A DNA stretch of 63,820 bases from Candidatus Gottesmanbacteria bacterium (lineage in GTDB: Bacteria > Patescibacteriota > Microgenomatia > JACOXO01): contig JACOXO010000018.1 of NCBI GenBank assembly GCA_016182365.1, positions 1-63,820 of the forward strand, written 5' to 3'. Position 1 is the first letter of the stretch, and each line of letters starts with the position of its first letter. Positions 7,129-17,427 of this stretch are shown here, one piece after another. The translations under genes were made by a program, and so were the position numbers. The notes below the pieces were generated by a model that was given only the letters and a program-made list of their open reading frames with translations, had not been told where the DNA came from and did not search any database.

Positions 7129-7755
7129 ATCACAAGCAACTTCTGTGGTTAATATCTGAGGAAGAAATGGCCAACCACTCGGTAATTTAGTGTATAAGCG
7201 ATAATCGGGATTTGGATTTTTTACAATCTGCCTATCACCCCAACTGTCTTTAAACTGAACCATTTCTGGATTCTTAGGTAATTTTTCTAAAGAATCTATC
7301 ATTTGATCATAGTTAACTGCAAGATCTTCAAGAGACTCGATTTTAAACGGGAACCATCTTTTATATGGGCTTTCCTCAGTTAATTGTAGTGTAAGATCAG
7401 CTACGTATCTTGTAGGTCTACCATCTGTGTCAATATTGTAACAGGTAAAACTAGTAGAGTACCCTGGGACGCCTTTAATAGATATTTTCCCTTTACCACT
7501 ATAAAAAATAGATGCACTTCCTTTATTATTAATGTTTAGGTCAGCCCAGCCATCGCAGTCGAACGTACTGAATTTCTCAACTACAATTCCTGGAGTTTTA
7601 GCGATTTCTTCATAAAATTCCTGATTAATTTTTTGTTCATTTTGTGGGCAAACATATTTATATTTAATATAAAAGTATATGTAAGTAGTGATAGGAATTA
7701 AGATCATTATAATTATACTAACTATTACTACCTTTCTAATTTTTTTCATAATCAA
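7093..7755 (-). CDS. Membrane-anchored hypothetical protein
   Basis: 220 aa with an N-terminal TM segment (VVIVSIIIMILIPITTYIYFYI) and an extracytoplasmic domain containing Cys residues. Confidence 0.55.
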   Translation of the reverse strand: MIMKKIRKVVIVSIIIMILIPITTYIYFYIKYKYVCPQNEQKINQEFYEEIAKTPGIVVEKFSTFDCDGWADLNINNKGSASIFYSGKGKISIKGVPGYSTSFTCYNIDTDGRPTRYVADLTLQLTEESPYKRWFPFKIESLEDLAVNYDQMIDSLEKLPKNPEMVQFKDSWGDRQIVKNPNPDYRLYTKLPSGWPFLPQILTTEVACDLYTISSNAGMN

Positions 7756-7803
7756 GAAAAAGATTTTGTCATTCCCGTTATCATAACATGTATAATCATA
7801 TTT

Positions 7804-8211
7804 ATGAGGAAAAATATATCTACAAATACGCCTTCTGAAAAATTTGTTGGCTACTCAAGAGCAGTTAGGGTAAGGAATACAATTTATATTTCAGGTACAA
7901 CAAGCCAGAATGAGAAGGGTGAAATTATTGGCAATACAGTTGGTGGTCAAACAAAGTTTATTATAAAGAAAATTAAAAGTGTTTTAGAAAATGAGAACTT
8001 TTCGTTAAATGATATAGTTGAAACTACGGTTTATCTAGTTGATTTGAAAAATTTAAAAGATTTTGATAAAGTCTTTAAAAAATATTTCTACTCTATTAAT
8101 CCTACCTGCACTCTTGTTGGTATTAACAGCTTGGTTGATGAAAAACTCCTAATTGAAATCTCGGCAACAGCACAAAAAGAAAAAGATGAATGTTGTGGTG
8201 AGTGTTATTAA
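7804..8211 (+). CDS. RidA/YjgF/TdcF-family protein with a Cys-rich tail
   Basis: 135 aa. GYSRAVRVRNTIYISGTTS...GGQTKFIIKKIKSVLE...IVETTVYLVDLKNLKDFDKVFKKYF fits the YjgF fold. C-terminal ECCGECY. A -10 box ends 7 nt before the ATG. Confidence 0.65.
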   Translation: MRKNISTNTPSEKFVGYSRAVRVRNTIYISGTTSQNEKGEIIGNTVGGQTKFIIKKIKSVLENENFSLNDIVETTVYLVDLKNLKDFDKVFKKYFYSINPTCTLVGINSLVDEKLLIEISATAQKEKDECCGECY

Positions 8212-8639
8212 ATTCCTCCACCATCTGTAAACATTAGACCTGAGACAATTGAATTTGTAAAGGAGATAATTCGCTTAATGGCTTCTGGATTATCTTTTTG
8301 GGTTTTAAAATTTCGTCCCCAGAAAATACGACTTAATTGACCGATTTGCACAAAGTTGGCTCTTTCCATTAAAGCTTTCCTCACTCTTACAACAGAAAAA
8401 ACTGAATTATCAGATGTCCTAGATATCTTATATGAATCTGCCCCAATAGCAAATTTTGTAATAAATAAAGTAGACCCTTTTTCTTTATGAATAAAGTGTT
8501 CACCAGCTAGAAACTCTGGTAATTCATTTATTCTATTACTTAGTTCTATATACACTTCCTGTATACTATCTTGTAACTGTTCTAAACTAGGATTATTGAA
8601 TATATCTGAATAAGTTAAACCGTCTAATACGTCTTTCAT
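8208..8639 (-). CDS. Hypothetical protein, last gene of the sortase operon
   Basis: 143-aa ORF. Its ATG directly abuts the sortase stop codon. Confidence 0.5.
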   Translation of the reverse strand: MKDVLDGLTYSDIFNNPSLEQLQDSIQEVYIELSNRINELPEFLAGEHFIHKEKGSTLFITKFAIGADSYKISRTSDNSVFSVVRVRKALMERANFVQIGQLSRIFWGRNFKTQKDNPEAIKRIISFTNSIVSGLMFTDGGGI

Positions 8640-9140
8640 TTAGTCAATAAATGCTGTAACAACAAATCGTTTTGAGTCGAGAAAGCCTATACATGTATAC
8701 AACGTTAACCGGGAATCAATGGTCTGGTTTAATATGTATGTCTGATTCGGTTCTATTTCTTGGGTAAATGCAACAGTATATGTATATGTTTTACCATCTT
8801 TAGTTATAATTTCAATACTATCACCAGGCTTTACCTTAGCAAGTGGCCCGAATAAATTGCTCCAGTTATGGGCATAAAACACATTACTTTCTGGGATAAA
8901 ACTAGCGCCTTTAGTTGTTGTTGGCCAGTTTTTTCCGTCAAAAGAAGCTGGTATAACAGGAAGTTCTATACCTACTGAGTTGATTTTTATAATCACAGGG
9001 GTGTCCATATTAATGCTTGAAGATTGAGATGGCGCTGAAGCGAAAGCAAGACGGGATGACCTATTTCTAAGATAAAGCTCCCAAGAGAACAATGATAGGA
9101 AAAAAATGCCAAGGATGAGGAAAAACTTACTTGGTTTCAT
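8640..9140 (-). CDS. Sortase family transpeptidase (probably class E)
   Basis: 166 aa. N-terminal TM segment; His in FYAHNW; catalytic Cys in LTLYTC; Arg in SKRFVVTAF. Confidence 0.8.
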   Translation of the reverse strand: MKPSKFFLILGIFFLSLFSWELYLRNRSSRLAFASAPSQSSSINMDTPVIIKINSVGIELPVIPASFDGKNWPTTTKGASFIPESNVFYAHNWSNLFGPLAKVKPGDSIEIITKDGKTYTYTVAFTQEIEPNQTYILNQTIDSRLTLYTCIGFLDSKRFVVTAFID

Positions 9141-9699
9141 GAGATCTTGTGTTGACTCCTAAAAGCATAAATAAAAGGCCAGCAATTCCTAGACTAAATA
9201 ATCTGGCTGAGTCTCCGGTTCCTGCTAAACTTAAAACATTGGTTGTTGAAATACCAGCAGGCCCGATATCTCCAGGTTCTGGTCCACCTATTCCTCCATT
9301 ACCACAAGAATAAGAGGTGTTATATGCAAGATAGGGCCCATTTTCAAGTCCCCAAACACTACCGTCAGGTATATAAATCCAGCCTAAATTTTTGTAATAA
9401 TTTAAATCATCATCTGATATTTCATTTATTCTTAACCAGTTTGTCTGTATACCATTTCCATTTTCAGGACAAAAGCATTGAATAAGCCTATCAGCTGAAA
9501 GATTATAGACTTTATCAGTACCTGTGTAGGCATTACTGTCGCCTGGTATACCGTGTGTACCACTGGGATATTCCACTTTTAGTTCCCCTTGTGGATTTGA
9601 ACAAACAGGAAACTTAGGCATTTGAATCGCAGCATAAGAGGGTAGGGAAGAGCTGACAAAAATTAAAATAAAGAATAAAATGATCTTCAAAAATTTCAT
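9127..9699 (-). CDS. Secreted Cys-containing surface protein with an LAGTG sorting signal
   Basis: 190 aa. Signal peptide ends SYA-AI. C-terminal LSLAGTG, hydrophobic ARLFSLGIAGLLFMLLGV, then charged tail NTRSHETK. Overlaps the sortase start by 14 nt. Confidence 0.75.
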   Translation of the reverse strand: MKFLKIILFFILIFVSSSLPSYAAIQMPKFPVCSNPQGELKVEYPSGTHGIPGDSNAYTGTDKVYNLSADRLIQCFCPENGNGIQTNWLRINEISDDDLNYYKNLGWIYIPDGSVWGLENGPYLAYNTSYSCGNGGIGGPEPGDIGPAGISTTNVLSLAGTGDSARLFSLGIAGLLFMLLGVNTRSHETK

Positions 9700-9768
9700 A
9701 TTAGGCCTAATATTATTAACTATGGGATTATATCAAGAAGTTGAGGTTAAGGCAAATAAAATACGAAA

Positions 9769-10974
9769 CTATTTTCTTAGGATTACATTAAATGGAGAAG
9801 TATTAAGATTTACAAGTACATTCTGCAGTTTATAACCGTCAATTTCTACAGGAAGTATAAACTCATCATCAAAACTTCGTATATGTGCAAAACCTTCCTT
9901 ATCAGTTATATATCTTGTGCCGTCATAGTCAAAGGAGGCTCCTACGACTGGTCTTCTCACACCATCCAAAAATCTAATTGAGGCAGATTTTACATTGTAG
10001 TATTTTGTCAAAACGTCAACTGCAGCTCTGGCTCTCCCATCATCATTCCACAGGCGGGTTGATCCGCCGACGTTTACCCAATAGTTTAATCCATAAAGAT
10101 TAGGGTTCTTTATCAAAAGTTTTAGAGCCTCGTCAATCCATTGAGCTTGATCGTCTTCTGACATTCCCTGATGAATATCAGGAATAGGAACTCCCCATTC
10201 ACCCAAAACTACCTGTCCACCTGTAATTAAGGCATAATTATTTATATCTTCATTTAACTCTCGGGGGGTTTTTACATAATGGTCAACAGAAATTATTCCA
10301 CCGAGTTGATCAGTAGTATTCTCATCCATAATAAGTTTGATAACGTCACCATTTGAGGAATTCATTCTTATATCAACATCCTTATTTATAGCTTTAAAAG
10401 TGTCAACCATAGCATTATGTTCCGTAATCAAGAATTGTCTATATCCCTCGATATCTCCAACTCTGCGGGGATCACCTGGCCCGCCGTTTTCACATTCGGG
10501 ACAGCTAGTAAACACATCACCATCTTTAAATAGTTCACGCTGGGTTAGGATAAACTTTTTAGTTTTCTCTATATGTTCTTCTCTTGTGATTTTAGGATAG
10601 CTAAACCATCCCTCCCATCCGGAAAAGTTACCTCTAAACCAGATTTTAAGACCTTTTTTTCTGGCATAATCTATCCACCTGGCAAGATAAGGGATAAATT
10701 CATCATCATAGGGTGTTGCAATTGCAATATGGGTTGCTCCGGTATCTGCAATTTGATTAATCTGTTTTTTGATAACATCATCAAAAGAAGGGTCATCAAT
10801 TTTTTCTCTTGCAATGTCTCGCGTATATTTCATTGCATCTATAGATTGTACTTTCCAGAATGGGTTTCTTTTATTAGTATAACTTTTCACCCGCAACTGA
10901 ATGATAAAAAAAATAGCAGATAGAATGATAAATAAAATTAACAGGCGTCTAAGTAGGGGAATTATTGAAGTCAT
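9769..10974 (-). CDS. Membrane-anchored glycoside-hydrolase-like (TIM-barrel) protein
   Basis: 401 aa. N-terminal TM segment. SIDAMKYTRD...ADTGATHIAIATPYDD...ARKKGLKIWFRGNFSGWEGWF resembles GH-clan TIM barrels. Family not assignable by eye. Confidence 0.45.
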   Translation of the reverse strand: MTSIIPLLRRLLILFIILSAIFFIIQLRVKSYTNKRNPFWKVQSIDAMKYTRDIAREKIDDPSFDDVIKKQINQIADTGATHIAIATPYDDEFIPYLARWIDYARKKGLKIWFRGNFSGWEGWFSYPKITREEHIEKTKKFILTQRELFKDGDVFTSCPECENGGPGDPRRVGDIEGYRQFLITEHNAMVDTFKAINKDVDIRMNSSNGDVIKLIMDENTTDQLGGIISVDHYVKTPRELNEDINNYALITGGQVVLGEWGVPIPDIHQGMSEDDQAQWIDEALKLLIKNPNLYGLNYWVNVGGSTRLWNDDGRARAAVDVLTKYYNVKSASIRFLDGVRRPVVGASFDYDGTRYITDKEGFAHIRSFDDEFILPVEIDGYKLQNVLVNLNTSPFNVILRK

Positions 10975-10985
10975 TATATTATATA

Positions 10986-12284
10986 TTACAATAAATGTGC
11001 AAATCTGAAATCAAAAGGAAAAGCTGGTGTTTTCTTTTGAGGTTTTATTAAACCAGATAATATTGTTGCAGAGTTTACTGGAAGTTCTACATCAGAAATT
11101 TTAATTGGCTGGTCCTGATGAAGAGTATGTTTTACAATCGCTCCTTCACTAAGACCAATAGGCAAATAGTCTTCTGAATTTTCAGCTCTGTCAATAACTC
11201 CGTACACTGTATCTCCACCAATTCCGTCTATTTTTGAACCTTTAGTTAAATTAAATTTAGCAACCGCAATTGATCTTGTGTTCTGCACTCTGTTATTAAT
11301 TGTTTCCTGTCCAAAAAAAGCAACTTTTGCAATAGTTCCAGGGACTTCAAGATGAATCAAGTGGTAGGGTTCAAAAAGAATATATCTTGGACCATCTCCC
11401 ATACCTAAATAGCGAAGGTATAATTTCTGGTTAGTATCTGGGTGTTCAACAATGACAAAAACTCCCGGAAAAAGTTTTTTTCCAATAACATAATCAACAA
11501 TACCTTTATCAGGAATTTTATTAAAATCAAAAAGTTTTAAACCTTCGTGTACCTCCTCAACCTGCGGCCCGCGCATACCGAATTCCAGAATATCCATATC
11601 AAAATAATTTGCAACCAGGTTCATCTCAATTGACTGTTTTGTTCCGTCAGTAAAAGATACTGTCTGGCGGGGAGCAAGACCTTTATCCTTTGCCCAGGGA
11701 GTCATTTCAACAACTGTTGCGTGCTTATTCATGTACCTCTTCATATTCCCGGCAACAAGAATTTTAAAACCCATTAGGCGGGCTTGAGTTATAAGTCTAG
11801 CAATACTTCCTGGCTGATCGCCGATAATGTCAGTTATAACCAGTTTTTTCTTATCAGCAATTACTTTCAGTTCAGAACCAAGAGTTGCCTGCAACTCAGG
11901 ATTCATGGTTATTAAATGCTTATCAGCATCCATGGCTCGAAGCGCAACCTCTGCTGCATAAGAAACAGTCCCTGTCATCTCACAAACAAGATCGTTTTCA
12001 TATGTTGAAACTAAATCAATATCAGAAGATATTGATATATAGCCTTTTTTAGAAAAATCCTTGATTTGAGAAGGATTATCAGAAAGTTTAACTTTAAAAC
12101 CTTTTTGGGAAAGAAGTTTTTTAGCATCCTCAGGCCTTCGTGAAATTACAAGGGGAACGCGGATACCTGTCATATTCTGCAAAGCAGAGATAAAGCCAAA
12201 GCTGACAAAACCCATACCGGAAACTACAACCTCCAAAGGATTGTTTTTTCTCTCTTCCAGTTTACTAAGAATAATATCGTACAT
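10986..12284 (-). CDS. NAD(P)-dependent oxidoreductase, homoserine-dehydrogenase-like, with a C-terminal SAF domain (COG4091-like)
   Basis: 432 aa. N-terminal Rossmann-like VVVSGMGFVSFG. C-terminal FNLTKGSKIDGIGGDTVYGVI...IKISDVEL is typical of SAF domains. Confidence 0.5.
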   Translation of the reverse strand: MYDIILSKLEERKNNPLEVVVSGMGFVSFGFISALQNMTGIRVPLVISRRPEDAKKLLSQKGFKVKLSDNPSQIKDFSKKGYISISSDIDLVSTYENDLVCEMTGTVSYAAEVALRAMDADKHLITMNPELQATLGSELKVIADKKKLVITDIIGDQPGSIARLITQARLMGFKILVAGNMKRYMNKHATVVEMTPWAKDKGLAPRQTVSFTDGTKQSIEMNLVANYFDMDILEFGMRGPQVEEVHEGLKLFDFNKIPDKGIVDYVIGKKLFPGVFVIVEHPDTNQKLYLRYLGMGDGPRYILFEPYHLIHLEVPGTIAKVAFFGQETINNRVQNTRSIAVAKFNLTKGSKIDGIGGDTVYGVIDRAENSEDYLPIGLSEGAIVKHTLHQDQPIKISDVELPVNSATILSGLIKPQKKTPAFPFDFRFAHLL

Positions 12285-12338
12285 AATTTAAGTAAGGATC
12301 TAATTATACCCTATAGTATGATATTATTCAAGTTTTAT

Positions 12339-13976
12339 TTATTTCTGCTTTCCTAAAACCGGTTCTGTATGAAGTTGCCCAATTAGTTCCTGTTTTATCT
12401 CGTATATATCAGCAAAAGGATAAGAAGCAACAAGTATGTAATTATCAAAAGCCGGTACTCTGGAAACAGATCTCCAAACAAGATCATTATCATCATTTGT
12501 TCTCATAATAATCCAACGCGCCCAACTGTCTGGCGAAGTTGTTGCTGATTCCCAATAAGCTCCGGTTCCTTCGTGAATAAAACGCTTCATAGGTAAACCA
12601 GAGGAGAAGATAATAGCATCATGGGAGGCTGCTGAAACAAGAATAAACCCTTTTTCGTTAGCTGAATTTTGTGCTAAATATCCCGACACTTCTGATACGT
12701 TTTTCTGGCTTGACCCGACCCTGGCATCATCAATTGTTACAGCATCATAATTTGAAAATGCAAAATAAGTTATAAATAGTAAAATACCTACAATAACCCA
12801 TCTAAAATCTTTAATTCTGCTAACCAGGTAGCCAATAAATATGGAAATTGATGGCATCATCATGATGCCGTAACGGACGTTAAACCAGGACGTACCAGAT
12901 ATACCTTGTATAAAAAGAACGGAATGACCTAAATAAAGTGCCAAAATATTAAACATCAGTGGTGCAAATAATGCAGTTATCGCTATTTTTAAACCAGGTT
13001 TAATTTTTTTGTCTGTCCAATAAAGAATTGCTCCGAATAAAGCTAGAATCGCAGGTATTGTATAGGAGTTGTAAAAAAGGGCATATAGATAAATTTTTAT
13101 AGATAATAATAAATTGCTTTTAGTAATCAGCACCCCTGCAGCCTCAAGTTGATCCTGCTGTGCTTTTGCCGAGAAAGGTCCTAATATAAAATATAGTGGA
13201 TCTTTAAAAATCAGAAGATTCCAAAGAAACCATAAAAATACCCCAAATGCCGCAAGGGTTGCATAAAAAACTGCTGTTCCCTCGGCAGACTTAAAACCTT
13301 TACGTTTGAATACCTCAATGATAATCAAAACTCCAGCATAAAGCATAAGGAACCATCCTTCGTAGCGAATGAGACTTGCCATCATTATCCAAAATGAAGA
13401 TTTAATTATGTTTAAAATCTGCCCGTTTTTGTGCCATAAATAAAGCTCATAAACTCCAGCTGTCATAGTTGCAATAAGTAATAGTTCGGTCATTGCAATT
13501 GACTGTAAATATAAAATATTTAAATTGGCAACAAAAACCATAACTCCAACCAGACGTCCGAATATAGAAACACCCATTTCTTTTAAGAAAAAGTGAATGA
13601 TTATTGCTGTTGCCACAAATGAGATCATAGATTGTAAAGCTCCTGAAAGACCGCTGTGCCAAAAATAGTCATTCCAGATTGTAGGAACCATAAGAAGATG
13701 GGGAAGGGGAAGCCAAACGCTTCCAAGTTGAGCTAGCCCTGGTTTTAACCCTTCAACAACACGCCTTCCAATATCCAAATGGGACCGTGCGTCATTGTAT
13801 GCAAGGCCCAACCCGTTATTTAAGTAGGTTACAAAATACACAATTGATATCGCAGTTAGTGCTCCTATAAGAATTAATAGGATATATTTATCCAAAAACT
13901 CTTTTGATTTATCAATATATTTATTTTTGACTGACAAAGTAATTTCTAGCATAAATTTTTTATTTATTTTTCTCAA
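12339..13976 (-). CDS. GT-C fold membrane glycosyltransferase (ArnT/PMT-like)
   Basis: 545 aa with more than 10 TM segments, an early loop AYNDARSHLDIGRRV and a C-terminal soluble domain. Confidence 0.6.
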   Translation of the reverse strand: MRKINKKFMLEITLSVKNKYIDKSKEFLDKYILLILIGALTAISIVYFVTYLNNGLGLAYNDARSHLDIGRRVVEGLKPGLAQLGSVWLPLPHLLMVPTIWNDYFWHSGLSGALQSMISFVATAIIIHFFLKEMGVSIFGRLVGVMVFVANLNILYLQSIAMTELLLIATMTAGVYELYLWHKNGQILNIIKSSFWIMMASLIRYEGWFLMLYAGVLIIIEVFKRKGFKSAEGTAVFYATLAAFGVFLWFLWNLLIFKDPLYFILGPFSAKAQQDQLEAAGVLITKSNLLLSIKIYLYALFYNSYTIPAILALFGAILYWTDKKIKPGLKIAITALFAPLMFNILALYLGHSVLFIQGISGTSWFNVRYGIMMMPSISIFIGYLVSRIKDFRWVIVGILLFITYFAFSNYDAVTIDDARVGSSQKNVSEVSGYLAQNSANEKGFILVSAASHDAIIFSSGLPMKRFIHEGTGAYWESATTSPDSWARWIIMRTNDDNDLVWRSVSRVPAFDNYILVASYPFADIYEIKQELIGQLHTEPVLGKQK

Positions 13977-15492
13977 GCAACAACCCGGTTAGCAAGGTGC
14001 CTGTAACAATTACTATCGATAAATAAATATAAAGGTAATACTCCTGTGCAGAAATTAACCTATTTAAATAAGTATTGTAAAAGAAAGATTTTGTCTTGTT
14101 TGCTTCTAAAAACTCTAAATTTCTATCGTATGAGTATTTTTCCTTTTTACCAGATAACAACTCTAAATTAGCTATTTCCACAAAAGGCGGGTTTCTGCTT
14201 GAAGTCAGTACTCCAAGAGTGTTAACACCAACAGAGTAAATGTATAGAACTATAAATAATATAATAAAAATTAGATTTTTTCTAAAGTTACTTAACGCAA
14301 TAGCTAGAAATATTGATAATACAGCATATGATGGGACTAAATAACGAGAACCAAATGCCCATCCTCCCCAAGGATCGCCCCAAAGAGAGTAAAGGGTAAT
14401 GTTAAGAGTTAAAATTGAAATTAGTAAAATTGACGCATTCTTATTTCTTTTGGTAAGACTTGGTACGCCCAAAATACCTAAAAGAATCACGGGGGTGTAG
14501 AATAAAATACCGCGATCAGGACTAAAAAAATGTATATATAATCCATTTAAAGTATTTCTTGTCCTGAAAAATCCCGTTGCTGATTTATTTGCAGGTGTTG
14601 TATCATCAACGCTGGTTACTATCACGTTTCTATCAACTGGTTCCCCCTGAGGTGTAATTTCCTGAACCCGAGTCACTACTCCGGATAATGTTAATGGATT
14701 CCCATACGATTCGTTATTAAACCATAAAAGAAATAATAATGGTATTAATGCCCCAAACAGAGTAGTAATGCCAAGAACCTTAAACTTAACATATGTTTTG
14801 CTGTCTTTTGACCATACGTCAATAAGTTTAATTACAGCAAATAATGAAACGGGGAACATCATAATTAAATTTGGGTAGTCAACAACAAATGCGATACCGA
14901 TTAAGAACCATACGAATAATAACTGCCATAACTTCTTACTGTATAGAACAATAAAAGAACTTAACAGTATTAAAAATGTTGATATCTGATGCTGAAACAA
15001 TGAACCGGAATACACAAATGCCGGTGTTGCAAAAAGAAATGTAAAACCAGCTAACCACCCGGCATTAGAGGATGCGCCTAATCTTGCACTTAACGTTCTA
15101 ATAATAATTACATTCAATAGACCAAAAAGTGCAATTGATAAATAAACACCTACCTGGGATAAATTAAAGTAACTTCCAAGATAATAACCGGGAAGAGTAA
15201 TAATAGACACACCCGGAGCAAATAATGAAACATAATTGCCTTTATAGTATCCTAAATCCGGTGTTGCAAAACGAGCTAAATCAATATCAAAAAAAACAGA
15301 ATTATTTTCTACTAACGAATAGGTAAGAGCAAATCTTCCCCGTTCTGGTGATAATTCTAAAGGGCCATCATCAGTCCATGATAAAGAAACTAGCTCAGAC
15401 GAATTAGGATAACCTTTATTTCCTTTAACTGACATCACAAGAATAGCAATAACAAAGGCTATTAAAAAAGCCGTTCCTAATATTTTTTTCAT
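13960..15492 (-). CDS. Polytopic membrane protein, probably a GT-C glycosyltransferase
   Basis: 510 aa with about 12 TM segments. Overlaps the downstream gene by 17 nt. Confidence 0.5.
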   Translation of the reverse strand: MKKILGTAFLIAFVIAILVMSVKGNKGYPNSSELVSLSWTDDGPLELSPERGRFALTYSLVENNSVFFDIDLARFATPDLGYYKGNYVSLFAPGVSIITLPGYYLGSYFNLSQVGVYLSIALFGLLNVIIIRTLSARLGASSNAGWLAGFTFLFATPAFVYSGSLFQHQISTFLILLSSFIVLYSKKLWQLLFVWFLIGIAFVVDYPNLIMMFPVSLFAVIKLIDVWSKDSKTYVKFKVLGITTLFGALIPLLFLLWFNNESYGNPLTLSGVVTRVQEITPQGEPVDRNVIVTSVDDTTPANKSATGFFRTRNTLNGLYIHFFSPDRGILFYTPVILLGILGVPSLTKRNKNASILLISILTLNITLYSLWGDPWGGWAFGSRYLVPSYAVLSIFLAIALSNFRKNLIFIILFIVLYIYSVGVNTLGVLTSSRNPPFVEIANLELLSGKKEKYSYDRNLEFLEANKTKSFFYNTYLNRLISAQEYYLYIYLSIVIVTGTLLTGLLLEKNK

Positions 15493-16547
15493 ACTCTAAT
15501 AAACTTTTTAGTTAAAGACATGTGCTTTAAGCTTAACTCAAAATTCTTTACTTCAGGTTTAATTTCAGATATAAATAAAAATAAGTAATTTCTGGTCTGT
15601 TTATATAATACTGACTTTTTACTTTCATTTGCCATTAAGTAAATAGAATAGAATATTGAAAGTATAATAAAGTTTGAAATTTGGGATTTTGTCTTTAAAT
15701 GTTTTGATAGGAATTTAATAATTTTTTGAGTTCCAATATCATTAAAATAAAATTTAGATATAATTGAAAGGTCCGTTTCCTTCGGTGCTATAACACACAC
15801 TTCCGGGTCTATAATATATATTTTATTTTTGCTTACTAAAATATTTTTCTGGTGAAGGTCCCGGTGACTAACCACAGTATTATTATTTTTAATAACCTGC
15901 CAGCTGAAAAAGTATTTGTAAAAAATATATAAATAATTAAGAAGTAAAGGGACGAGCTTACTGTCTCTTATGATTACTTTAAAAAGGTAAAATGGGAGAA
16001 CAAAAAAAGTGAAGATTTTGTTTGAATCTGGAAATATTACTATATCTTTTTTTCTTAATTTTTTGGAACATTGATTAAAATACTCAAGGCAAGTATTTAA
16101 TATTCTAATTTTTTCATTTTTTGAAAATTTCTCAAGCGGTTTACCCTCCACGTATTCACGGATTAGGGAAATTTGCTTATCAGTAACTATAATACCGTAA
16201 AATTTTGGCAAACTTATTTTATATCCGTAAATACTTAGTTTGTGTTTTGAAAACCATCGCAGTATATTAGCTTCTGTTAACTGTTGAAAATACTCAATTC
16301 CTCTGTAATTAACATCTATAGTCCTGATAACAACTTTTCTTCCTCTATTGTCTTTGTATAACCCAACGTGTGATTTAGAAGAAACATTTAAACTTAATTG
16401 TTTTATAAAAGTGTATTGTGAACTATTAAACCTCGCCTTTATATAATTCTTATGTTTCAAACTTCTAACCGCTTTAATTATCCTCTGCCTAAAACCATAT
16501 TTAGTGTTTTTTGTCAAGTTTCTCATATTATTTAGTTGAAACTGCAA
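15489..16547 (-). CDS. Kinase-like phosphotransferase (APH / LPS-kinase fold)
   Basis: 352 aa. Catalytic-loop-like VSHRDLHQKNILV followed by IYIIDPE (Brenner HxDxxxxN plus a DxE metal site). Confidence 0.55.
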   Translation of the reverse strand: MQFQLNNMRNLTKNTKYGFRQRIIKAVRSLKHKNYIKARFNSSQYTFIKQLSLNVSSKSHVGLYKDNRGRKVVIRTIDVNYRGIEYFQQLTEANILRWFSKHKLSIYGYKISLPKFYGIIVTDKQISLIREYVEGKPLEKFSKNEKIRILNTCLEYFNQCSKKLRKKDIVIFPDSNKIFTFFVLPFYLFKVIIRDSKLVPLLLNYLYIFYKYFFSWQVIKNNNTVVSHRDLHQKNILVSKNKIYIIDPEVCVIAPKETDLSIISKFYFNDIGTQKIIKFLSKHLKTKSQISNFIILSIFYSIYLMANESKKSVLYKQTRNYLFLFISEIKPEVKNFELSLKHMSLTKKFIRV

Positions 16548-17427
16548 TATCCCAATACCTATGTTGAGAATATTTATTTACACTCGTTGATAATCTAACT
16601 CCTGTTTCAAGTATTAAATATAGAATAGTTAATACTGGTTTTTTAAAAATTTCCTCTAATAAAATAGGCCATTTAGTCTTTTTGTTAATATTGTATTCCA
16701 AATATACCTGAGGTCCAAAAATAGAAGCCATTTTATACTTTGCGGATAAGAACCTTCTTTGTTGTTTAAAATAATCCTTCAGTGTCTGTGGGCTTTTAAA
16801 AAATACAGTAGCACTTGGAATATATTTGAAAGTGAATCCTAACTTTTTATTCATTAAAAAAATATAATCATCTGTTCCATTCACTTCTTCAGGTATATGT
16901 AGCTTAAGGCTCAAATTTTTTTTTAAAGCAGAAATTGATCCATGATGATTATGAATACTATTTTTTTTAATTCTATTCCTTACTTTACTCCAGATATTAA
17001 ATCCGTGTATATGTATATGTTCAACTAATGTCCTTGACTTTTGAGGTATGCGGTTTCCTCCAACAAGCGCAACTTTTTTATCTTTTATAAATGGCTGGAT
17101 TATTTGCTGAATAACAAAACGGTGTGCAAAAATAACATCACTATCCGATTGAATTAAAAAATCTGTATCTACTTTACGGTAAATTTGATTTAGCCTATGT
17201 GGTTTTCCTTCTCTCTTTGTAAATACAAACACTTTTATTCTTTTATCATTAATTGACCTAGCTATTTTTACAGTTCTATCTGTTGATCCATCAGAATATA
17301 TACAAATCATTTTTAATATAAAACCGATTTCATTTTGTGACAAAACTGACTTCAAAAATAATCCTATATTTTTCTCCTCGTTATAGGCGCTAACTGCAAC
17401 TGTAACTGTTGGTAATTTCTTTTTCAT
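16528..17427 (-). CDS. GT2 family glycosyltransferase (paralog 1)
   Basis: 299 aa. PTVTVAVSAYNEEKNI...IYSDGSTDRT...SDSDV. C-terminal WDIAVSTK. Contains A9 and A8 homopolymers on the coding strand (T runs on the + strand at 16916-16924 and 16965-16972). Confidence 0.8.
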   Translation of the reverse strand: MKKKLPTVTVAVSAYNEEKNIGLFLKSVLSQNEIGFILKMICIYSDGSTDRTVKIARSINDKRIKVFVFTKREGKPHRLNQIYRKVDTDFLIQSDSDVIFAHRFVIQQIIQPFIKDKKVALVGGNRIPQKSRTLVEHIHIHGFNIWSKVRNRIKKNSIHNHHGSISALKKNLSLKLHIPEEVNGTDDYIFLMNKKLGFTFKYIPSATVFFKSPQTLKDYFKQQRRFLSAKYKMASIFGPQVYLEYNINKKTKWPILLEEIFKKPVLTILYLILETGVRLSTSVNKYSQHRYWDIAVSTK

